Source: Candidatus Bipolaricaulia bacterium
GTDB lineage: Bacteria > Bipolaricaulota > Bipolaricaulia > RBG-16-55-9
Direction: 5' to 3'
DNA: 25,397 bases
Assembly: GCA_042219045.1 (NCBI GenBank)
Contig: JBDGQO010000035.1
Coordinates: 1,650-27,046, forward strand
In this document: positions 6,921 through 15,562 of the stretch, one piece after another
Position numbering within the stretch: position 1 is the first letter of the stretch
Layout of the letters: each line of letters begins with the position of its first letter
Notes under the pieces: generated by a model
The model's database searches: none
What the model saw: the letters and a program-made list of their open reading frames with translations, nothing else
What the model was told of the DNA's origin: nothing
Program-made: the position numbers and the translations under genes

Positions 6921-8333
6921 ATGCTCCGCGACAGGGTCGAACGGACGCTCCGGGAACGTGCCATGCTCCAAGGCCATGAGCCGGTGCTTGTCGCCGTCTC
7001 CGGCGGCGTCGACTCCATGACGCTGCTGCACGTTCTGCGAGAACTGGCCGACGACTGGAATTTTCAACTGAGCGTCGCCCATCTCGACCACATGATGCGC
7101 CCAGAGTCTGCCGACGACGCCCAGTTCGTCGTCGACCATGCAAGGTCACAGGATCTTCCCGTTTTCCAAGAGGCGGTCAACGTCCCGGCCCATATCGACC
7201 GTGAGGGAGGGTCGCCCGAAGCGGGCGCCCGCGAGGTCCGCTATGGGTTTCTGCGTCAGGCCGCTCGCGACGCCGGAGCATCGACGATCGCGCTCGGCCA
7301 CACGCTCGACGACCGCGTCGAGACCCTTCTCATCAACCTGTTGCGCGGCAGCGGCATCGGGGGATTGGCCGGCATGCCGCCGAGGCGCTCGGAATGTGAC
7401 CTACATTACGTTCGGCCCTTGATTGACGTCTCCCGTCGCGAGATCGAAGCGTACGCTAAGAGCCAGCACGTTCCCTACCGTGAGGACCCGAGCAACCGCG
7501 ATACGCGCTACGAGCGCAATCGCATTCGACAGCAACTGATGCCGCTGTTGGAGACGTTCAATCCCAGCGTCCGCCATGCCCTGGCTCGAGCCAGCGAGGC
7601 GTTGACCGAGGTGAGCGATTATCTGAATGGCGAAGCCGACAAGCTTCTGCAGCGGGCCTACATCGATTCCGACGACACGGGCTGTGCCTGGGATGCTCAG
7701 ACGCTGGGCCGGGCCCATCGGGCCCTCCAACTCCAAGCGCTCCGGCAAGCGATCCGTCGGGTTAAGACCGACCTTGACGCCATCACGACGGAGCACCTTG
7801 AAGCCGTGTCCGGCTTGCTCCGCGAGGCACGCTCGGGCCGAACCGTGGCGTTGCCCGATGCCTTAACGGCCCGGTATCAAGCGGATCGATTGATCGTCGA
7901 GCACGCCGCCCCGACTGACGAACCGAGCTCCCCCATCGAGGTCCCGCTCTCTCAAGACGGCATGACCGAGGTTCCCCAGCTGGGCTGGAGGTTTGCCGTT
8001 GATACCATGCACGGCTCGCATCCGCACTCGTCGGACCAGTTGGAAGCGCGACTTGATGCCGATACAATGGACGGGCCGCTCGCCATGCGCAACCGACGAG
8101 CCGGCGATCGCATACGACCGCTTGGACTGGGAGGCACAAAGAAGTTGCAGGACATCTTCGTCGACGCCAAAACTCCCCGACACCATCGCGACCAGGTGCC
8201 ATTGATTTGCGATCAGCAAGGCATTCTCTGGGTTACAGGACACTGCATCGACGAACGTGGCCGGGTCACTCAGGCCACCCGACGGACCGTGCGGATCCAG
8301 GCCGAACGCATGGCTCCACAGGAGGCGCGCTGA
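6921..8333 (+). CDS. tilS: tRNA(Ile)-lysidine synthetase
   Basis: AVSGGVDS PP-loop, GHTLDD, EDPSN...RNRIR, TilS C-terminal domain (GGTKKLQDIFVDAK). ATG 6921 preferred over TTG 6885. Confidence 0.96.
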   Translation: MLRDRVERTLRERAMLQGHEPVLVAVSGGVDSMTLLHVLRELADDWNFQLSVAHLDHMMRPESADDAQFVVDHARSQDLPVFQEAVNVPAHIDREGGSPEAGAREVRYGFLRQAARDAGASTIALGHTLDDRVETLLINLLRGSGIGGLAGMPPRRSECDLHYVRPLIDVSRREIEAYAKSQHVPYREDPSNRDTRYERNRIRQQLMPLLETFNPSVRHALARASEALTEVSDYLNGEADKLLQRAYIDSDDTGCAWDAQTLGRAHRALQLQALRQAIRRVKTDLDAITTEHLEAVSGLLREARSGRTVALPDALTARYQADRLIVEHAAPTDEPSSPIEVPLSQDGMTEVPQLGWRFAVDTMHGSHPHSSDQLEARLDADTMDGPLAMRNRRAGDRIRPLGLGGTKKLQDIFVDAKTPRHHRDQVPLICDQQGILWVTGHCIDERGRVTQATRRTVRIQAERMAPQEAR

Positions 8334-8335
8334 TC

Positions 8336-9958
8336 ATGGCCGAAATCCTGAACACGCTCCTCTCGGTGGTCCAGGCCGTGCTCATCTTCGGCGTCACGAT
8401 CAGCTTCCTCGTCTTTATCCACGAGGGCGGCCACTTCCTCGTGGCCAAGTGGGCCGGCGTCTGGGTCCACGAGTTCGCCATCGGCATGGGGCCTGCCGCC
8501 TGGCGTCGCCAGCGCGGTGAGACGGAATACACCTTCCGCATCTTGCCCATCGGCGGCTACGTCCGCATGGCCGGAGAGGACGGCCTCAGCGACGAGGACA
8601 GCGAGATCCCGGATGATCGGCTCTTCAGCAACAAGTCCGGCTGGACCCGCTCGGCGATCATCTTCGCTGGCCCGTTCGTCAACGTCGTGGCGGCGCTCGC
8701 GCTGATGATCGGCTTCGTCAGCCTGGCCGGCATGTCTTACGTCGAAGTGGCCGAAGTGGCGCCCAATTCACCCGCACAGGGCGTTTTGGAAAGCGGCGAC
8801 AAGATTGTCGAGCTCAACGGCGAGGCGATCTACAGCGACCGACAGATCCCCACGATCGTGCAGAACTCGGAGGGTAAACCGATTAGCGCCGTCATCCGGC
8901 GCGGCGACACCACCAAGCAGGTCCAGCTCGATCCCTATCTCAACGAGGACCAAGGGCGATACCTCATCGGCGTCTACTTCGCCTATCCGCTCAACCGCCT
9001 TGCGGAGGTCCCGGAGGATTCGGCGCTTGCCAAGCAGGGCTTCCAGTCCGAAGACGAGATCTTGTCCGTAGGCGGCCGGCCCGTGGGGAGCTGGACCGAG
9101 GTCATCAACGCCCTCGATCGGGCGCAAAGCGCGCACGATTCGAGCGTGACTGTTCAGATCCGCCGCGATGGGGCCCGGCAAAAGCTGACCGTTGATGCAA
9201 GCCAACTCGATCTCTCGGCAATCCAGGACTCAAGCGTGGCCATGCGCGTCCCACCGACCTGGTCGACGGTCCGAAACGTCAAGCCGGACTCCATCTGGGC
9301 GGAGGCCGGCCTTCAAGCGGGGGATCGTCTGCTGTCTGCGAACGGCCGGGCGATCCACGGATCGGTCGATCTCGTCAAGGCGATCGAGCGAGCCCGAAGC
9401 AAGGATGAGGCGAGAACGCTCCAACTGGAAATCAACCGGGACGGCCAGACCCTGACGTTGACGGTCCCCCTAGCCGGCGCCGAGCTGGAGACCGTCATGG
9501 GGAATCTCCAGTTGAATCCGGCCCGGCGGCAACCCGAGACGCTCTGGGCTGGCGTTCGAATCGGCAGCCAACAGATTTGGGACATCCTCGCCCTGACGTA
9601 CTTCGGGCTCAAGCAGGTCTTCACCGGTCAGATGGAAGCCGGGCAGGCGTTTGTCGGCCCGGTCGGCATTGCCGATCTGTTAGGCCAGAGCCTCGATCTC
9701 GGCTTCGGATATTTCTTGCGGCTGGTCGCGCTGCTCAGCCTGATGCTGGGGATTTTCAACATTCTGCCCTTCCCCGCGCTCGACGGCAGCCGCATCGTGC
9801 TGAACGGCATCAACGGGCTGCTCAAGATGGTGATCGGCAAGCCGATCCCCCCCGAAAAGGAAGGCGCGCTCCACTACGTCGGCTTTGCGCTGCTCATGGC
9901 GCTGGTGCTGTTTATCACGTGGAACGACATCGAGCGGCTGTTCAGCGGCGGCTTCTAA
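8336..9958 (+). CDS. rseP: RIP metalloprotease RseP (M50B) with three PDZ-like repeats
   Basis: HEGGH zinc motif, LPIGGYVRMAGE, AGPFVN, NILPFPALDG. Start reassigned to ATG 8336 with SD GGAGG. Confidence 0.95.
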   Translation: MAEILNTLLSVVQAVLIFGVTISFLVFIHEGGHFLVAKWAGVWVHEFAIGMGPAAWRRQRGETEYTFRILPIGGYVRMAGEDGLSDEDSEIPDDRLFSNKSGWTRSAIIFAGPFVNVVAALALMIGFVSLAGMSYVEVAEVAPNSPAQGVLESGDKIVELNGEAIYSDRQIPTIVQNSEGKPISAVIRRGDTTKQVQLDPYLNEDQGRYLIGVYFAYPLNRLAEVPEDSALAKQGFQSEDEILSVGGRPVGSWTEVINALDRAQSAHDSSVTVQIRRDGARQKLTVDASQLDLSAIQDSSVAMRVPPTWSTVRNVKPDSIWAEAGLQAGDRLLSANGRAIHGSVDLVKAIERARSKDEARTLQLEINRDGQTLTLTVPLAGAELETVMGNLQLNPARRQPETLWAGVRIGSQQIWDILALTYFGLKQVFTGQMEAGQAFVGPVGIADLLGQSLDLGFGYFLRLVALLSLMLGIFNILPFPALDGSRIVLNGINGLLKMVIGKPIPPEKEGALHYVGFALLMALVLFITWNDIERLFSGGF

Positions 9959-9978
9959 AGCCCAAGAGGCTCCAACAG

Positions 9979-10007
9979 TTGACAGGTGCGGCGGCCTTCA
10001 CTATCAT
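9979..10007 (+). promoter_or_regulatory. sigma70 promoter of tRNA-Gln
   Basis: TTGACA - 17 bp - TATCAT. Confidence 0.8.
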
Positions 10008-10021
10008 CTTCATCCAACCAC

Positions 10022-10095
10022 TGGGAGATCGTCTAATGGCAGGACGACGGGTTCTGGTCCCGTTAGTGGAGGTTCGAATCCTCCTCTCCCAGCCA
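10022..10095 (+). tRNA. tRNA-Gln (anticodon CTG), CCA encoded
   Basis: Acceptor TGGGAGA/TCTCCCA (U1-A72), anticodon arm ACGGG-TTCTGGT-CCCGT, T-loop GGTTCGAATCC, 3' GCCA. Confidence 0.97.
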
Positions 10096-10159
10096 CGTCC
10101 CACTGCCACCGAGCAGACGCTTTGCCCCATCTCGCCCTTCGGTGCGTTAAACTGGGCCT

Positions 10160-10846
10160 ATGGATGTCTGGGTCGTTGAGTGGGCGGCGTTCGACGCTGG
10201 TTCCCTCCTCCGCCATTTGAGCGACGAGGAGCGCGTCCGAGCGGAACGCGTTCTTCCTGAGTCCTCGCAATCTCACGTCGTCATTGCCCGTGCCCTCTTG
10301 CGCTGCGTGATCGCTCGAGAGCTGGATTGCGAGCCCGCCGATCTCGGCTTCGTGCGCACCCCTCAAGGAAAGCCGAAGCTCCAATCTCCCGCAAATGGCA
10401 CCGATCTGCAATTCAGTGTCAGCCACGCCCATCGGTTCGGACTCATCGGACTGGCTCGAGGCACGCCGCTCGGCGTCGACGTCGAATCTCGCCGTCCGGA
10501 GCGTCCCGTTGGTCGCTTAGCGGGGCGGTTCTTCACCGACCGCGAGGCCACCGGGCTGCGCAGCCTATCCGAACGGTCCCGCCATGACGCTTTCCTTACG
10601 ATTTGGACCGCGAAGGAAGCTGTGATCAAGGCACAGGGCGAAATGGTGCCTCGAGCGCTGCAGAACCACGAGCTGGCGCTGTTGGACGACGGCTCGATAT
10701 CGCTAATGCGGATCCATGGCGATGCGGAGAGGGCAGCCTATTGGCGGCTCGACACGGTCCGACTGGGGACCGACCACATGGCCGCCGTTGCCGTGGAAGA
10801 TCCTCAAGCCGAGATCCGCTGGCAACGCTTGAGCAACCTGCCTTAG
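10160..10846 (+). CDS. Sfp-type 4'-phosphopantetheinyl transferase
   Basis: GKP...FSVSH, LGVDVE, WTAKEAVIKAQG motifs. Confidence 0.93.
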   Translation: MDVWVVEWAAFDAGSLLRHLSDEERVRAERVLPESSQSHVVIARALLRCVIARELDCEPADLGFVRTPQGKPKLQSPANGTDLQFSVSHAHRFGLIGLARGTPLGVDVESRRPERPVGRLAGRFFTDREATGLRSLSERSRHDAFLTIWTAKEAVIKAQGEMVPRALQNHELALLDDGSISLMRIHGDAERAAYWRLDTVRLGTDHMAAVAVEDPQAEIRWQRLSNLP

Positions 10847-10867
10847 CGCCATGGACCTGGACGGCGT

Positions 10868-12088
10868 TCAGGCCGATGACGCCGATAGCATGGGGGCAAT
10901 CCGGGCCAAGATTTCGCGAGCTAACGCCCGTTTGGACTGACGCGGCAGTTCCTCAGCGTGGCCGTTGGGGTAGATCAGCGTCACGACGTTATCGTCGCTT
11001 TCGGCGCCGACATCCGATTTTGAGATGTCGTTGGCGACAACGAGATCGAGCCCTTTGGCGCTCAGCTTGGAGCGAGCCTTTTCCAGCAGGTCGTCGGTCT
11101 CCGCAGCAAACCCGACGATCAAGGGCCGCGACGATTTGCCACCGAGCGCGGCGTGAATCTCGTGCAGAATGTCCGGGGTCGGTTCCAGCTCGATCCTTCG
11201 TTCCTCGGTCGAAAGCTTGCCCGTTTTGCCTTCGGCTACGTCATTCGGCTGCCAATCCGACACCGCCGCTGCCATGACGATAACGTCATGAGACGGCAGC
11301 AAGCGGAGGACGGCATCGCGCATGTCGGCGGTGCTTTCCACGCGCTCGGTCGCCACTCCCGCCGGCTCCGGCAATTGGGTCGGCCCGCTCACCAGCGTGA
11401 CGCAAGCCGCGCCCGCGTCGCGTGCCGCCTCGGCCAGCGCATATCCCATCTTCCCTGACGACCGATTGGTGATCACGCGCATGGGATCGAGCCGCTCGCG
11501 CGTTGGGCCCGCCGTCACGAGAACCGACTGTCCCGCCAGCTGCGAGCCAAACGCCAGAATCGACTCGGCCTCGCGCGTAACGCGATCTTCACCCGGGAAT
11601 CGTCCCCGCCCGGTCCGGCCACTGGCCAACGCCCCCTCCTCGGCTTCCAGAAACCGGTAGCCACGGGCCTGGAGGATGCGCCGGTTGCGCCGATAGATGG
11701 GATTGTCGATCATCGTCGTCTCCATGGCCGGCACCACGAGCGTCGGGGCCGGGCATGCGGCCATGAGCGTGGTGAGGTAGTCGTCTGCCAACCCGTGGGC
11801 AAGCTTGCCTACCACGTCGAACGTGGCCGGCATGATGATCGCAAGATCGGCCCGGTGGGCCAACCGGACGTGCTCCAGTGGAGCGTCTTGCCACAGGTCG
11901 CCCAACACGGGCCGATCCGATAAAGCCTCGAAAGTGAGGGGGGTGACGAACTGCCGGGCAGCGTCAGTCATGACGACGTGGACGTCAGCGCCGCGCTGAC
12001 GAAGTTGGCTGACGACGCCGGCGGCTTTGTAGGCGGCAATGCCGCCGCAGATGCCGCAAACGACCGTCTTCGTCGACATATCAGTCAT
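10868..12088 (-). CDS. coaBC: Bifunctional phosphopantothenoylcysteine decarboxylase/ligase
   Basis: GGIAAYK, PAT, VTAGPTRERLDPMRVITNRSSGKMG, AAAVSD, GFAAET, VVANDI. Confidence 0.97.
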   Translation of the reverse strand: MTDMSTKTVVCGICGGIAAYKAAGVVSQLRQRGADVHVVMTDAARQFVTPLTFEALSDRPVLGDLWQDAPLEHVRLAHRADLAIIMPATFDVVGKLAHGLADDYLTTLMAACPAPTLVVPAMETTMIDNPIYRRNRRILQARGYRFLEAEEGALASGRTGRGRFPGEDRVTREAESILAFGSQLAGQSVLVTAGPTRERLDPMRVITNRSSGKMGYALAEAARDAGAACVTLVSGPTQLPEPAGVATERVESTADMRDAVLRLLPSHDVIVMAAAVSDWQPNDVAEGKTGKLSTEERRIELEPTPDILHEIHAALGGKSSRPLIVGFAAETDDLLEKARSKLSAKGLDLVVANDISKSDVGAESDDNVVTLIYPNGHAEELPRQSKRALAREILARIAPMLSASSA

Positions 12089-12195
12089 GTCGAACTGCAG
12101 CCTAAGCGCAAAAGGGGGACGGCATCAAGTGCCGATGGCACTGGCCGCGGCGAAATGCAGTCGTATCGCGGCCCCAGGGAAACGAAAGCTTGTTG

Positions 12196-13317
12196 TCAGA
12201 ACTCGAGGTCGAGGCCGAGGCTAGACTCCTGGAAGCCCTGCGGCGTCAGCAGCGTTGAAAACGTCAGCCCCTCCCAGAACGCCTCAAGCTTGAACTGTTG
12301 CTGACCCGTGTCGTTGAGAATTGAGGCTTGCCCCGAGAAATCGACCGACCCGAGCTCGGCGGTCAACTGGAAGCGCTGCTCTTTGACACCCTCACCGCGG
12401 CTGAAGGTCGTCGTGCTCTTCAGCGTGTTGGACCCGAAGTCGTAATTGACAGCGAATTTCCCTTCCTTGATCTGGACGGCATTCTCGGCGGGGTCTAGTT
12501 CCGCCTGGCTCGTGACATCGCCGTTGCTGATTTTGACGGTTACTTCCCCGACGTTGAGCGGGCTCGAAAGGTCGTGTTGTTCCCGCGTCTGCTTCAACAC
12601 CGTGGAGACGTCAAGCCCACTGACGCTTCGGCCCATGTTGAACACCAGCGTCACCTCGTCGCCTGATTCCGGCAGCGGCACCTCCGCGTTCATGAGGCTG
12701 CGCGTCAGATACTGCGTCAGGCCGGACATAAAGTCGGCTTTGGCTTCTAGCTTCGTGTTACCCAGCTGGAGCGAGAGCTTTTGTGGAACGCGCTCGCCCA
12801 GCGACGATGTGCTTACGCGTTTGTCCGACACCTTAGCAAATGTCCGAACCAGGTCTTTGGTGACGTTCGGGTAGCGTGCCAAAAGGCTGATGTTTTCGCC
12901 GAACTTCATCTGCAAATCGGAGTCGAACCCTGGGTTCGCCGGCATCTCGTTATGCTCAACAAGGCCTGAGAGCGTGTAGTTCCGGTTGAGCGGGATGTCA
13001 CGCATTGATTCCGTGGACGGCATGCTCAACGGCTTGGCGCTCCGCTTGGCGGAACGCTCAGCTTCCGATTGGGCTGTCAGGCAATCGAGGTCGGCACCGG
13101 GATTGAGGTCGAGGACCGAACGGGGCAGTAGCCAATTGACGAGCGACGTAAGCGTCTGCTGGACGTCTTCGGAACCGTTTTCTTGCGTTCCGCATTGGGG
13201 CAAGTTTGCCGAGCTTTCGGAAGCAGTGGCGAATCCTGGAGACGACGCAGCCACCATGAGTCCGATCGAAAGAGCTAAAATTGCCCAATGACGCCGATCG
13301 GGCCATGCCGTGTGCAT
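12196..13317 (-). CDS. Hypothetical secreted protein, probable beta-barrel or surface protein (373 aa)
   Basis: Start at ATG 13317 with SD AAGGGAGT; signal peptide; C-terminal half of alternating beta-strands ending SLGLDLEF. Confidence 0.7.
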   Translation of the reverse strand: MHTAWPDRRHWAILALSIGLMVAASSPGFATASESSANLPQCGTQENGSEDVQQTLTSLVNWLLPRSVLDLNPGADLDCLTAQSEAERSAKRSAKPLSMPSTESMRDIPLNRNYTLSGLVEHNEMPANPGFDSDLQMKFGENISLLARYPNVTKDLVRTFAKVSDKRVSTSSLGERVPQKLSLQLGNTKLEAKADFMSGLTQYLTRSLMNAEVPLPESGDEVTLVFNMGRSVSGLDVSTVLKQTREQHDLSSPLNVGEVTVKISNGDVTSQAELDPAENAVQIKEGKFAVNYDFGSNTLKSTTTFSRGEGVKEQRFQLTAELGSVDFSGQASILNDTGQQQFKLEAFWEGLTFSTLLTPQGFQESSLGLDLEF

Positions 13318-13339
13318 CGGAAACACTCCCTTAACCTTG

Positions 13340-13368
13340 ATTCTATCACCGCCCCTTACTCGGATCAA
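13340..13368 (-). promoter_or_regulatory. sigma70 promoter of the secreted-protein gene
   Basis: TTGATC - 17 bp - TAGAAT with extended -10 TGn. Confidence 0.65.
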
Positions 13369-13395
13369 GACCGAAGGTCACATTCGCCAACCGGA

Positions 13396-13424
13396 TTGAT
13401 ATTTGGAGGTCTCGTATCTACACT
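13396..13424 (+). promoter_or_regulatory. sigma70 promoter of the two-component operon
   Basis: TTGATA - 17 bp - TACACT, 10 nt before ATG 13435. Confidence 0.6.
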
Positions 13425-13434
13425 CCGGTTGACC

Positions 13435-14892
13435 ATGAACCCACGGTTCAGCCTGCGAAGTAAGTTTATCTGGACGCTTGCCCTGTTTACCATCGTGCTA
13501 TCGGTCTCCTTTGGCGTCATTTCAGCCTATCAGCTTCAAGGCGAGTTGGAACAGCAAGTCATCAATCGGGGTGAGCGGTTGGCGGAGTCGATAGCTCCCA
13601 CCGTCGCTAATCCAAACAATACCAGCGCCAGCGACCTCTCCATTGCCCTCAACATCCTAGGCATCGTTTCCCAACAGCCGCTGAGTCGCGAATTTCTATT
13701 TGTTCAGGCCGTGAAAGGGGACGAATCGGCCACCGTCCCTAGCGAAATCTCGAAGCGACTGAATCTGGAAACGCTTTCTGTGGACGAGCGGCGACTCACG
13801 CGGAAACACCTCCCTGACAGCGGCATGCCGTACTTTGAATTGATCATGCCCGTCGAATCGGCCAACGTGACCCCTACGTACTTGCGAATTGGGCTTTCGT
13901 TGGCGTACGTCCAGCAAGCGGTCCAGCGCGAATGGCTCCGCGTCGCGGGACTGAGCGCACTCTACATCACCGCGGGGTTGATCCTGGCGTTCTGGCTATA
14001 TAAGAACATTCTCGGCCCCGTGGAGACCCTGACCGAGTCGGTCAAGCGCTTCAAGCGCGACATGACCTCTCGAGCCCAAGTCAACAGCGGCGACGAACTC
14101 GAGACACTGGCCGAAGAGTTCAACCGCATGGCCGACACCATCCAAGAGCGTGATAAGCGCCTGGAGAACGTCAACGAGGAGCTCCGGCGCGCCAACCAAG
14201 TGAAAAGCGAGTTCCTCTCTGTCATGGGTCATGAGCTGAAAACGCCGCTTCATGCCATTCGTGGCTACGCCCAGTTGCTCAAGGAGGGCATCGACGGCCC
14301 CGTCACGGAAGCCCAGCGCGAGGATCTGGACAACATCGTGACATCTGGAGATCACCTACGCGCGCTCATTGACAACATTCTCCACTTCAGCAAGCTCGAA
14401 TCCGGCGAGGAGACCCTCCATCCTGAGGTCGTCGAAGTCGGGAGATTGATCAATGAGGCCATGCAGAACGTTCAAGTCATGGCCCGCGAAAAAGGCGTCG
14501 AATTGCGAGCTGACGGGGACAGCCTTCAAATTCAAGCCGACGCCACGAAGCTGAAGCAGGTGCTGATCAATCTGCTGAGCAACGCGCTCAAATGCACCGA
14601 CGAGGGCCACATCCAGGTGAGCGCCGAACCACACAACGGGGAGGTGGTCTTCGCCGTGCAGGATACGGGCACCGGCATTCCAGAAAGCCATCGAGAGCAG
14701 ATCTTTGAACCCTTTACCCAGATTGATTCCTCGACAACGCGTCCCTGGGCCGGCATCGGCTTGGGGCTGTCCATCGTCAAAACGTACGTCGAGATGCATG
14801 GCGGGCGGGTGTGGGTCCATAGCCACGAGGGCGAGGGGAGCGCGTTCTACTTTACGATCCCCACCGACATGAGCGAAGGGGGCGAGTCATGA
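13435..14892 (+). CDS. Membrane sensor histidine kinase (2 TM, HAMP, HisKA, HATPase)
   Basis: DELETLAEEFNRM (HAMP), KSEFLSVMGHELKTPL (H-box), NLLSNA, DTGTGI, GIGLGLSI. Start moved to MNPRFSL. Confidence 0.95.
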   Translation: MNPRFSLRSKFIWTLALFTIVLSVSFGVISAYQLQGELEQQVINRGERLAESIAPTVANPNNTSASDLSIALNILGIVSQQPLSREFLFVQAVKGDESATVPSEISKRLNLETLSVDERRLTRKHLPDSGMPYFELIMPVESANVTPTYLRIGLSLAYVQQAVQREWLRVAGLSALYITAGLILAFWLYKNILGPVETLTESVKRFKRDMTSRAQVNSGDELETLAEEFNRMADTIQERDKRLENVNEELRRANQVKSEFLSVMGHELKTPLHAIRGYAQLLKEGIDGPVTEAQREDLDNIVTSGDHLRALIDNILHFSKLESGEETLHPEVVEVGRLINEAMQNVQVMAREKGVELRADGDSLQIQADATKLKQVLINLLSNALKCTDEGHIQVSAEPHNGEVVFAVQDTGTGIPESHREQIFEPFTQIDSSTTRPWAGIGLGLSIVKTYVEMHGGRVWVHSHEGEGSAFYFTIPTDMSEGGES

Positions 14893-15554
14893 AGATCCTC
14901 ATCGCGGAGGACGATGCCCAATCGATGGAGCTGTTGACGAAATATCTCCAGTCGCGCGGGCATACGATCTTGCCCGCCGAGGACGGCCGGGTCGCGCTGG
15001 AGACGCTCGAAGCCGAGGATCCGGATCTCATCCTGTTGGACGTCATGATGCCGCATGTCGACGGCTGGCAGGTACTGGATCATGTCCGAGGGATGGGCGA
15101 CATTCCCGTCATCATGGTGACGGTCAAGGACACGACCGAGGACAAGGTCCGCGGGCTCTCCAGCGGCGTGGACGACTACATTACGAAGCCGTTTGACCTC
15201 CAGGAAGTCGAAGCGCGCATCGAGGCTGTCATGCGGCGCTACGGCGCGCCCAGCCACACGGAAGTCGGGCCGCTGGCGATCGATGACGAGACGAAGGAAG
15301 TCAAGCTGCACGGGGAATCGATCGAGCTATCGCCTAAGGAGTATGAATTGCTTTCCTATTTGGCTTCAAAGCCGGGGCGTGTGTTCTCCCAAGACGAGAT
15401 CCTCGGCCACGTGTGGTCGGATAGTCCCTACGCGGGCGCCGAGGACGTCAAGAAATACGTCTATCTCCTGCGGAACAAGCTCAAGGAACGCGGCGCCGAG
15501 GAGCTCGTTAAGACCGTCCGCGGGTTCGGCTATAAGCTGAACGTCTCGGAATGA
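14889..15554 (+). CDS. OmpR/PhoB-family response regulator
   Basis: ILIAEDD, LLDVMMP, DDYITKPF, winged helix (LSPKEYELL...KTVRGFGYKL); ATGA overlap with the kinase. Confidence 0.96.
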   Translation: MKILIAEDDAQSMELLTKYLQSRGHTILPAEDGRVALETLEAEDPDLILLDVMMPHVDGWQVLDHVRGMGDIPVIMVTVKDTTEDKVRGLSSGVDDYITKPFDLQEVEARIEAVMRRYGAPSHTEVGPLAIDDETKEVKLHGESIELSPKEYELLSYLASKPGRVFSQDEILGHVWSDSPYAGAEDVKKYVYLLRNKLKERGAEELVKTVRGFGYKLNVSE

Positions 15555-15562
15555 GCAGTGCG

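Noticed and set aside
8207..8335. Long N-terminal extensions in the ORF track (rseP 8207, kinase 13288, ybaB 18790, secreted protein 13368, tilS 6885)
   Set aside because: Downstream ATGs fit the SD or promoter positions and family N-termini better.
10022..10160. tRNA-Gln or tRNA-Pro as integration sites of a mobile element
   Set aside because: No integrase and no duplicated tRNA 3' end seen in the window.
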